DNA of 64,000 nucleotides, taken from the NCBI GenBank assembly GCA_039714915.1, contig JBDLIM010000011.1, positions 1,382 to 65,381 on the forward strand, in the 5' to 3' direction. Below the pieces are notes generated by a model. It had not been told where the DNA came from, ran no database searches, and saw nothing but the letters and a program-made list of their open reading frames with translations. A program made the translations under genes and the position numbers. This document shows positions 36,203 to 44,214 of the stretch, piece by piece; within the stretch, counting starts at the first letter, position 1, and every line of letters starts with the position of its first letter. This DNA comes from Bacteroidota bacterium. Its GTDB lineage: Bacteria > Bacteroidota > Bacteroidia > Bacteroidales > GCA-2748055.

Positions 36203-39200
36203 ATGAGTGAAGCCATCTTAAAAGCATTGATGCAACTGTTTGCGCTTATCGTTGATATTGATGCGATTCAGGAAATCTCTGAAAAGGAGAAGGCAATCAT
36301 CAGGTCTTTTCTCTCACGCCAACTTTCAAGTGAACTGGTCGAAAAATACATGGATATTTTTGACGAATACCTTCATCTATACCACCAGGATCACATCGAA
36401 AAAGGAAGTAAGAAAGGCAAAAAACGTACTGCCCTGACCGCTGTGAGGATACTCTCTATCTGTGAAACCATCAATGAAGAGCTGGAACAAAGGCAAAAGG
36501 TCTATGTCATCTTCCAGATGATTGAGTATATAGCCTATGGCATCGAAATACGGGAAACGGAACTTGACTTCCTGCAGACTGTAGCATCGGCATTCAATAT
36601 GGATGAGGATGAATACCAGGACATTCTGAATTTTATTATTTACTCGCTGAACGAGATCCCCCGCAAAGAGTTCGTGCTCATAATTAACAACGATATAAAA
36701 CGCAGCTTTGATGGAGTGCATCACATTTATTCCCCAAACCTGCTGGGGGAGATCTCCTTTTTGAACATTCCCAGTGTCAATACCTATGTGCTCAGGTATC
36801 ATGGGAAGGAAGATCTGTTTCTGAACGGACAACACATACATTCCGGCTTAACCTATGCTTTCGAGCATGGTTCCTCCATCAGGGGACAGAATATTGATTC
36901 GATCTATTATACGGATGTGGCGGGGATCTTTTCTACCTCCTCGATATCCACAAAGATTTCCTTCCTGGCCAGAGATGTGGAGTTCCGCTTCAAAAACAGC
37001 GATAACGGGATCCATGACTTCAACCTGAGCGAACAATCGGGAAAACTGATCGGGATCATGGGTGGAAGCGGTGTGGGAAAGTCCACCTTGCTGAACGTGC
37101 TGAACGGGAACCTCAGACCGCAGGAGGGAGAAATTCTGATAAACGGGTTTAAGCTTTATGATGAGAAAGAAAAACTGAATGGAGTCATCGGTTTCATCCC
37201 TCAGGATGATTTGCTTCTGGAAGATCTCACGGTTGAACAAAACCTCTATTACAATGCCAGGCTTTGCCTGGATGATTACGACGATGAAAAGATCCATAAA
37301 GTCGTAAAACAGGTATTAATTGATCTGGATCTTTTTGAGATCAGGAACCTGAAGGTAGGAAAACCCCTTAGCAAAGTAATCAGCGGGGGCCAGAGAAAAA
37401 GGGTGAATATCGGTCTCGAGCTCATTCGTGAACCTTCCATACTATTTGTGGATGAGCCTACTTCCGGCCTCTCTTCGGTGGATTCAGAAATGGTAATGAA
37501 TCTGTTAAGGGAGCAGGTATTTAAAGGCAAGCTGGTCATTATCAATATCCATCAGCCCTCGTCAAACCTCTATAAAATGTTTGACAGGATCATCTTCATG
37601 GATAAGGGAGGGTACCAGATCTATTGCGGAAATCCCTCCGAAGCCGTGGTATATTTTAAAACCAGGAGCAACCACGCCAATGCCAAAGAGGATCAGTGTC
37701 CCAGTTGTGGGAACGTGGATCCTGACCAGGTGCTTCAGATCATTGAAGCTAAGATTGTGAACGAATATGGCAAGCTTTCGCGTACCAGGAAGGTCAGTCC
37801 CAAAGAATGGTTTGAGTTATTCAAAAAAAGCAATGATCAAAACCCTGCCCCGGAACCTGTAAAGGAGAAACTGCCCGAGAATTTTTACAGCATCCCCGCC
37901 TTGTTTAAGCAGATGAAGATCTTCTTCATCAGAGACATCCTTTCCAAATTAACCAACAGGCAATACATCCTGATCAGCATGCTGGAAGCTCCCCTGCTTG
38001 CAGTGATTATGGGATACTTTACAAAGTATTTCAGCGGGACAACCGATAATCCCGGGGCCTATGTTTTCAGGAATAACGAAAACCTGCCGGCCTATCTGCT
38101 GATGAGTGTGATCGTCTTTCTTTTTCTTGGCCTGACCATCAGCTCGGAAGAAATCATAAAGGACAGGAAGATCTTGCAACGTGAATCCTTTCTGAACCTG
38201 AGCCGGGGCAGCTACCTGAATTCGAAAATCCTGATCATGTTTCTGATCTCAGCTTTTCAATCTTTTACCTATGTACTGATCGGCAACCAGATCTTTGAAA
38301 TACATGGAATGCTATTCTCCTACTGGCTGATCCTGTTCACTACTTCCTGTTTCGCCAATCTGTTGGGTCTTAATATCTCTGCCGGTCTCAATTCGGTAAT
38401 TACCATCTACATTCTGGTTCCCTTCATGCTTATTCCCCAAATCTTATTCTGCGGGGTCCTGGTTAAGTTTGATAAACTGCATAAAAGCCTGACCAATTAC
38501 GAGTACGTACCTGTACTGGGCGACCTGATGACCTCCCGCTGGGCCTATGAGGCCCTTTCCGTGGAACAGTTTAAAAACAACAAATACAGGAAGATCTTTT
38601 ATGACATCGACAAGGAGATCAGCAATATCACCTACCCACAGGCCTACCTGATTCCTGAACTGGAGAACAAACTTAATCAGGCATCAGAGTACCGTCAATC
38701 AAAAACCAATCCCGATCGCATGCAGGCGAACCTTGAAATTCTGTATAAGCAGATTCAGATGCTTAAGCAACAGGTTCCCGATATTGAGTTTGACCCCGGT
38801 CCGTACCTGGAACCTGAATCCTTCAATGATTCATCTGCCATGGCAATTAAAGCTTACTTCAGACAACTGGATCAACAGTTCCGACACAGGGTGGGATCTT
38901 TAAAGAGGGGGAAAAATGAGATAAATGAATCACTTATCAAGGAGCTTGGGGGCATAGAGGCCTATACTGAATTCAGAAATGCCTTTGACAATACCCGGCT
39001 CTCGAATATAGTAACTAACCAGAAGGTACTGGCAAAAATCGCAGAAAGCGACAAAAATCTGATCAGGAAGCATGAACCTGTTTATATGGAACCGGGATCC
39101 CGGTATGGAAGGGCTCATCTCTATGCTCCATTAAAGAAACTGGGAGGCCTGAAAATAGATACGCTCTGGTTTAATGCAGGTGTGATATGGGTATTCACCT

Positions 39201-39271
39201 TCTTCCTTTATATAGCCCTCTACTTCGATGTTCTGAGGAAAGTACTTACCAGGTTCGGACCCCCAGCGTAA
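36203..39271 (+). CDS. Fused ABC protein: TerB-like N-domain, degenerate FHA-like segment, ABC ATPase, ABCG/ABC-2 membrane domain
   Basis: MSEAILKALMQLFA helical N-domain; LFLNG..I...Y.FEHGSSI segment; Walker A GGSGVGKST; signature ISGGQRKRV; Walker B LFVDEPTSGL; IHQPS; TM region with a large extracytoplasmic loop. Confidence 0.85.
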   Translation: MSEAILKALMQLFALIVDIDAIQEISEKEKAIIRSFLSRQLSSELVEKYMDIFDEYLHLYHQDHIEKGSKKGKKRTALTAVRILSICETINEELEQRQKVYVIFQMIEYIAYGIEIRETELDFLQTVASAFNMDEDEYQDILNFIIYSLNEIPRKEFVLIINNDIKRSFDGVHHIYSPNLLGEISFLNIPSVNTYVLRYHGKEDLFLNGQHIHSGLTYAFEHGSSIRGQNIDSIYYTDVAGIFSTSSISTKISFLARDVEFRFKNSDNGIHDFNLSEQSGKLIGIMGGSGVGKSTLLNVLNGNLRPQEGEILINGFKLYDEKEKLNGVIGFIPQDDLLLEDLTVEQNLYYNARLCLDDYDDEKIHKVVKQVLIDLDLFEIRNLKVGKPLSKVISGGQRKRVNIGLELIREPSILFVDEPTSGLSSVDSEMVMNLLREQVFKGKLVIINIHQPSSNLYKMFDRIIFMDKGGYQIYCGNPSEAVVYFKTRSNHANAKEDQCPSCGNVDPDQVLQIIEAKIVNEYGKLSRTRKVSPKEWFELFKKSNDQNPAPEPVKEKLPENFYSIPALFKQMKIFFIRDILSKLTNRQYILISMLEAPLLAVIMGYFTKYFSGTTDNPGAYVFRNNENLPAYLLMSVIVFLFLGLTISSEEIIKDRKILQRESFLNLSRGSYLNSKILIMFLISAFQSFTYVLIGNQIFEIHGMLFSYWLILFTTSCFANLLGLNISAGLNSVITIYILVPFMLIPQILFCGVLVKFDKLHKSLTNYEYVPVLGDLMTSRWAYEALSVEQFKNNKYRKIFYDIDKEISNITYPQAYLIPELENKLNQASEYRQSKTNPDRMQANLEILYKQIQMLKQQVPDIEFDPGPYLEPESFNDSSAMAIKAYFRQLDQQFRHRVGSLKRGKNEINESLIKELGGIEAYTEFRNAFDNTRLSNIVTNQKVLAKIAESDKNLIRKHEPVYMEPGSRYGRAHLYAPLKKLGGLKIDTLWFNAGVIWVFTFFLYIALYFDVLRKVLTRFGPPA

Positions 39272-39893
39272 TCACAAGCATGTTGTTATTGATCAACAGG
39301 GGTTCATGGTTGGTGAGGGGACTCAGATCGGGCTGGTATTGAATTTCTGTAAAAAGATTAAACTGACCAAAGCTATATTCCATCCCGGCTCCGATGGTCA
39401 ATCCCACGGCATACCCCCTCCACGATTCCAGGGGATTCTCCGAATCGCTGGTATAGCTCAGCAACATATCAATTCTTGGTCCAAGCAGAAAATACGGAAC
39501 CAGGTTTTCCAGATCGAAACGATACCTGGCCATAGGCGAGAATGAGAGGTATTTAAAAGAAGAGGTGCTCAAAGCTCCTGCATTTACTGTGATCTGGTCA
39601 TTATTAAAATGTTGTACTGTTATGGATTGTACGCTTGTGCTGCTGCCCTTGAGTTCATAGGCTGCATCAAACTGGAAGCTGAAATGTTCCCCTTTAAAAG
39701 CCTCCATAAACAGGGCTACAGAAGCGCTGTACAGCGGATCAGTTTCAAGGGTGTAATCCAGGTTAGTAAACTTCCAGCTCTGATTGGCTATGGATAAGCC
39801 GGCTTTTACTCCATAGCTTGCCGGAAACTGACCATATACAAGATTTGTTACAGTCATCCCTATCAGGAAAATGATACAAAAGGTCTTTTTCAT
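39246..39893 (-). CDS. Outer-membrane beta-barrel (porin/PorT-like family) protein
   Basis: Signal peptide; YGVKAGLSIAN; alternating beta-strands; terminal ITLGVRTW. ATGA overlap with the upstream peptidase. Confidence 0.7.
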   Translation of the reverse strand: MKKTFCIIFLIGMTVTNLVYGQFPASYGVKAGLSIANQSWKFTNLDYTLETDPLYSASVALFMEAFKGEHFSFQFDAAYELKGSSTSVQSITVQHFNNDQITVNAGALSTSSFKYLSFSPMARYRFDLENLVPYFLLGPRIDMLLSYTSDSENPLESWRGYAVGLTIGAGMEYSFGQFNLFTEIQYQPDLSPLTNHEPLLINNNMLVITLGVRTW

Positions 39894-41887
39894 TCCACCA
39901 TGATTTTTTTCACTGTACGTTGGCAGCCATGGCTAAAGCTGATGAAATGTAGCCCCCTGTACGTGCTGGCCAGGTCAACTTTATAATCCATATAGGGCAT
40001 ACAAGCTTCAAAGCGATTGCTATATACCACCTGTCCGGAAGCATTATACACCAATACAGAGACATCTGCCTCCCAATCCTGAACTACCTTAAATGAAAAT
40101 TTTCCTGTATTTGGATTGGGCGTGATTTCAACGAGGAATTCAGCACCCTTTTTGCCAGTTTTTTTTGTATTAGCTGCCACTTCATTTAAAACCCAGTTAT
40201 CCGGATCAACCTGAATACTGTCCACATGATGTGGAAATGAAATATGGTAGAACTCCACATTGTTTTCATGGAATACCCTGATGGTACTATCCCCTCCCGG
40301 ATAAAAAATCCTGTACTCCATGGACGTTTTAAACAGCGGATTTAACTCCGAAGAACCGCTTTGCGACACTTCCAGGGTAAGATTGTCTTGCTCCTGTTCC
40401 CACTGAAGGTCAAAAACCGGATATCCTGCTCCAAAATACCATTGATCGAAGAAGTCTGTGAAATCCATACCCGAGGTCTCCTCAAGCACCTCCCTGAAGT
40501 CTGATCCGGTGGCCACATTATTGGCATATTCATCCAGGAAATTCCTCAGGGTCCTGAAAAATACGCGGTCATCCTGAAGTTCAAAACGTATCATATGCAA
40601 AAGCGCCATTCCCTTGTTGTAGGAAAGGTTGCCGCTGAATATGCGGGAGTCGCTGTCAGCCTCGTAGGCAGGAATATATACAGATCCCCCGGGCTCGCGC
40701 AGGGCCCTTTCAAACCTGTAAGCCAATTCCCCGGGAGCATAATCGGGAGCCAGGTTTTCTGTGGCCAGGTAACCTGCATAGGTGGCAAACCCTTCATTGA
40801 TCCAGATGTCCTGCCAGGTGGCACAGGTCACATAATCGCCGAACCAGGAGTGACCAAGCTCATGGGCAATCAGGTAGAACTCAAAATTACCCATGCCTGT
40901 CATGGTTTGATGCTCCATCCCTCCTCCCCAGGGCCACAGGTAATGCCCGTATTTTTCCTCCCTGAAGGGATAGGGCCCGAACAGATCACAAAAGACTTCC
41001 ATGATGGGGATGGTTACTCCGATCTGATCCCTGTAAGTGTTCAGAACTTCCTCATCATCATACAGAAAATTCTGGATGAATATAGGTTCATCCAAGCCTC
41101 CGGGCCTGGCTTCAATATTGTATTCCACATAGTCGGCCACAGCAATGGAAATCAGGTAAAATGCAATGGGATAATTGGATTTCCACTCATAACGGACCTT
41201 TCCATTGGGAAAGTAGGTAGTGCCTGTATGCAAACCATTGGAGACGCCCATCAATCCAAAATCCGTGCTTATGAATACATGAACCGAATCGGCCTTGTCA
41301 GCCAGGTTTTCCTTGCAGGGAAACCAGTCCTTGGCATAAAATGGTTCCGAAAGAGTAAATGTAACCGGAAAGCCCCAGTCATTGTCTGTTGCCATCACCA
41401 TCCCCTCCCCGGTTTCGCCTCCATAAAAGATTTGCACCGAAACCAGTGATCCCGGCGACAGCGGAGAATCAGGTGAGATAATTACCTCCTCTCCCAAATG
41501 TTCAAACGAGGCCTCCTCCCCATTCATCACAACCCGCTCAACCAGCAGTGAACCGGTAAGTTCAAAAACCAGCTTTGGAAGCGGATCGTTTTTCACCTCT
41601 ACCAGAATGGTCACATTTCCCTTGATGTAATCGGAACGGTTGTCCACCTCCACATCCAGTCCATAATATTTTACATCGTATCCGTCTAGTAAAGGATTGT
41701 CATTCAGTGTATAAATTCCGCGAACATTCTCCGGGTTTAAATCCCGTTCCAACTGCTGTGCAGCTAACTCACTTTCTTCAAAAGCGTATGGTACCAAGGC
41801 CTGGGAGGATAGCAGCTGTGGCAATCCCCACAACAGGGAGAGTATTAGTAAAACAGTTGTTATTCGTCCTCCAGGGCGCGCATGCAT
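39890..41887 (-). CDS. M1-family aminopeptidase with T9SS type-A CTD
   Basis: GGMEHQT and HELGHSWFGD.VT...W.DIWINEGFA (HEXXH-X18-E); YNKG...LHM; CTD ITPNPNTG...GLHFI...KIMVE. Likely start MHARPGG at 41887, since the track's 42025 overlaps the next gene. Confidence 0.9.
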   Translation of the reverse strand: MHARPGGRITTVLLILSLLWGLPQLLSSQALVPYAFEESELAAQQLERDLNPENVRGIYTLNDNPLLDGYDVKYYGLDVEVDNRSDYIKGNVTILVEVKNDPLPKLVFELTGSLLVERVVMNGEEASFEHLGEEVIISPDSPLSPGSLVSVQIFYGGETGEGMVMATDNDWGFPVTFTLSEPFYAKDWFPCKENLADKADSVHVFISTDFGLMGVSNGLHTGTTYFPNGKVRYEWKSNYPIAFYLISIAVADYVEYNIEARPGGLDEPIFIQNFLYDDEEVLNTYRDQIGVTIPIMEVFCDLFGPYPFREEKYGHYLWPWGGGMEHQTMTGMGNFEFYLIAHELGHSWFGDYVTCATWQDIWINEGFATYAGYLATENLAPDYAPGELAYRFERALREPGGSVYIPAYEADSDSRIFSGNLSYNKGMALLHMIRFELQDDRVFFRTLRNFLDEYANNVATGSDFREVLEETSGMDFTDFFDQWYFGAGYPVFDLQWEQEQDNLTLEVSQSGSSELNPLFKTSMEYRIFYPGGDSTIRVFHENNVEFYHISFPHHVDSIQVDPDNWVLNEVAANTKKTGKKGAEFLVEITPNPNTGKFSFKVVQDWEADVSVLVYNASGQVVYSNRFEACMPYMDYKVDLASTYRGLHFISFSHGCQRTVKKIMVE

Positions 41888-41956
41888 GTGTCTTCGTTTA
41901 AAGGAGAGGTTTTCATGAAATTGACATCCATATGTCAAACCAAGTTCCGAAAATTT

Positions 41957-41964
41957 TAACTTTG
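41957..41964 (+). promoter_or_regulatory. -7 element TAACTTTG for the SOR-like gene
   Basis: Exact TAnnTTTG match 26 nt upstream of the ATG at 41991. Confidence 0.55.
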
Positions 41965-41990
41965 TTACAACAAACCAAAACAACAATTTT

Positions 41991-42380
41991 ATGCCCCGTG
42001 TATTTAATTCTGTAGATATCAGCAAAGAAGAGAAAGAAGCAAGAAAAGACTATTTCGACCGTCATACCCCCTTTATTGTTTGTGACTCCGCTGCCAGGGA
42101 AGGAGAAAAATTTAAGGTGAAAGTCAGGCTGGGAAGCGAATATCACCATCCCGACGATTCCGATCACTATATAAAATACGTTCAGTTGTGGAACCGGGAA
42201 ACCTTCCTGGCCGAAGCCCATTTTGCACCCGGATCGCTTGGAAACAAGCCCGGGCATGTGGAAGTGGATTTTTACATCGTACCCGGCCCCGTCACCATGA
42301 ACCTCTCGGCCATGTCGGTTTGCACAAAACACGGACTGTGGCAAAGTGAGTCCAAAGAGGTGTCTATTCGAAAGAACTAA
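41991..42380 (+). CDS. Desulfoferrodoxin/superoxide-reductase-like (class II SORL-type) protein
   Basis: Candidate Fe ligands H25 (DRHTP), H53 (HHP), H59, C111 and H114 (CTKHGLW). No N-terminal desulforedoxin domain. Confidence 0.82.
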   Translation: MPRVFNSVDISKEEKEARKDYFDRHTPFIVCDSAAREGEKFKVKVRLGSEYHHPDDSDHYIKYVQLWNRETFLAEAHFAPGSLGNKPGHVEVDFYIVPGPVTMNLSAMSVCTKHGLWQSESKEVSIRKN

Positions 42381-42481
42381 CAAGACCTTTTCCTTTTACC
42401 GATTATTTCCGACAGCTTGCCGAAAAAGGAGTGTATTTCCTTGTGGCCTTTTATTTCTTTGATACATAAAATCACAGAATC

Positions 42482-43579
42482 ATGGCTACAGGAAATGAAA
42501 TTGCATACAGGCAAAACTTCAGCCGTAAGTACAGGGAACTGTTTTACAATGCCTGGAAGATCAGCCGTTTTAATCCGGTTCAGGGAGCACACTGGCTCAG
42601 GATGCTTTCCAGGCAAAAAAAGATGGAGACCAGAAGGCATGCGCAGGAAACCGGTGGCCTGATTATTCCGCCTGTGATGATTTTCAGTGTGACCTCACGG
42701 TGCAATCTTGCATGCAAGGGTTGCTATGCCAGCAAACGTATGGAATACAATCACAATGAGCTATCCCTTGAACGAATTTCCACTCTTTTCCAGGAAGCAT
42801 CCGATCTGGGGATCGGCGTGATCATGATTGCAGGAGGTGAACCACTGATGCGACCCGAAATACTCTGGGCAGCCAGCGAGCACCGAAACATCATATTTCC
42901 GGTTTTCACCAATGGCATGCTGTTGAATCACAGCACTGTTTCCTATTTTAAACTTCATCAAAACCTGCTTCCCGTGCTCAGCATAGAGGGGAACAGGCAT
43001 TTCACAGACTCACGAAGAGGAAACGGGGTCTATACCCGGCTTATCAAGAACCTGGAACAGCTTAAACAGACTCGCAGAATGCCTGGTTTATCTGTCACTC
43101 TTACCAGAGAGAATTTCGAAGAAGTCACACATCCTGTCTGGATGAAAGAGTTCGTAGACAGAGGATGCCGGCTTTTCTTTCTGGTAGAATACGTTCCTCA
43201 AAAGGAATCTGATCTATCTCTATGCCTGAGTGATGAACAAAAAAACAAACTGCAGACATCCCTGGAGCTTTTAAGAAAGCAAATGCCCGCATTGTTTGTA
43301 AGCTTGCCAGGGGATGAGAAGAACTATGGCGGCTGTCTGGCTGCCGGAAGGGGATTCATACATATAGGATCTGACGGGGCACTTGAGCCCTGTCCCTTTG
43401 CACCCTATTCCGACCTGAATATCAGCGAGATGAGCCTGAGGAGTGCCTTGCAATCTCCCTTTCTGGCAAAAATAAGGGAATCTCATCATCTGCTAAGCGA
43501 AGCTCAGGGCGGATGTACCCTGTGGGAAAACAGGGAATGGGTGAATGATCAGCTTAAAAAAGCACAGCTTAGCGCCTAA
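42482..43579 (+). CDS. Radical SAM protein with a Twitch/SPASM-like C-terminus
   Basis: CNLACKGC, GGEPL, FTNG, SIEG, and C-terminal GCLAAGRGFIHI..DG..EPCPF. Confidence 0.9.
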   Translation: MATGNEIAYRQNFSRKYRELFYNAWKISRFNPVQGAHWLRMLSRQKKMETRRHAQETGGLIIPPVMIFSVTSRCNLACKGCYASKRMEYNHNELSLERISTLFQEASDLGIGVIMIAGGEPLMRPEILWAASEHRNIIFPVFTNGMLLNHSTVSYFKLHQNLLPVLSIEGNRHFTDSRRGNGVYTRLIKNLEQLKQTRRMPGLSVTLTRENFEEVTHPVWMKEFVDRGCRLFFLVEYVPQKESDLSLCLSDEQKNKLQTSLELLRKQMPALFVSLPGDEKNYGGCLAAGRGFIHIGSDGALEPCPFAPYSDLNISEMSLRSALQSPFLAKIRESHHLLSEAQGGCTLWENREWVNDQLKKAQLSA

Positions 43580-44103
43580 TCGAAGAGCTCTTCTGTTTCC
43601 TCCATTTCATTGTATCCCGAGGTACCTATCCAGGACACAAATGAGATTTTCCACTCTCCTTCGATTTTCTCCAGAAAACGAACCTGGATGCTATTGATCT
43701 CTGTTACATCTTCTCCAAACTGGGAAGACCACTTCTGTTCACACACCACAAAAGCAGAACTGGAATAGATCTTCATCCGGTAATTGGTCTTCTCAACCGA
43801 GATGTGGAGATCCGGATTCAGATCATCTTCAGTTTCATCTCCAAGCAAGTGTTTTCCTACCTCCTCCCATCCTTCAAGGAATACATAATTATCCGCACCG
43901 GCAGTCAGGCGCATATTCAGGGAGTCCTGGACATGTGTGTTATAAACAGCTTCATAGTCCCTGGCCAGATAGGCATCAGTTTCCTGGTTGATCACAGCAA
44001 TAATCGCTTCCCTTTCTTTCTCCAGGTCAATCTCCTGTTCTTGCTGACAGCCTGTAAAGCCCACCATGGCAATGGATAAAGTAAATAGAATTGTGTACCT
44101 CAT
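43576..44103 (-). CDS. NTF2/SnoaL-like lipoprotein
   Basis: Lipobox FTGC; EREAI..VI; Y.GWEE; terminal LEKIEGEWKI pattern. Confidence 0.7.
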   Translation of the reverse strand: MRYTILFTLSIAMVGFTGCQQEQEIDLEKEREAIIAVINQETDAYLARDYEAVYNTHVQDSLNMRLTAGADNYVFLEGWEEVGKHLLGDETEDDLNPDLHISVEKTNYRMKIYSSSAFVVCEQKWSSQFGEDVTEINSIQVRFLEKIEGEWKISFVSWIGTSGYNEMEETEELFD

Positions 44104-44200
44104 AGTTCGAAAAATTAAGTTAGTGATTAGAGAAGGCTCTCTTGCCTACCATCCCGCACATGCAAAATACAACAATGAAGTGTGAAAGTCAATTTATTAT

Positions 44201-44208
44201 TACATTTG
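44201..44208 (+). promoter_or_regulatory. -7 element TACATTTG 6 nt upstream of ATG 44215
   Basis: Exact TAnnTTTG match. Confidence 0.45.
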
Positions 44209-44214
44209 CTAGCA

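Noticed and set aside
39246-43579. Convergent genes with overlapping 3' ends (26 nt at 39246-39271; CTAA shared stops at 43576-43579) and few intrinsic terminators
   Set aside because: Common in compact genomes. There is no sequence evidence for regulatory antisense function.
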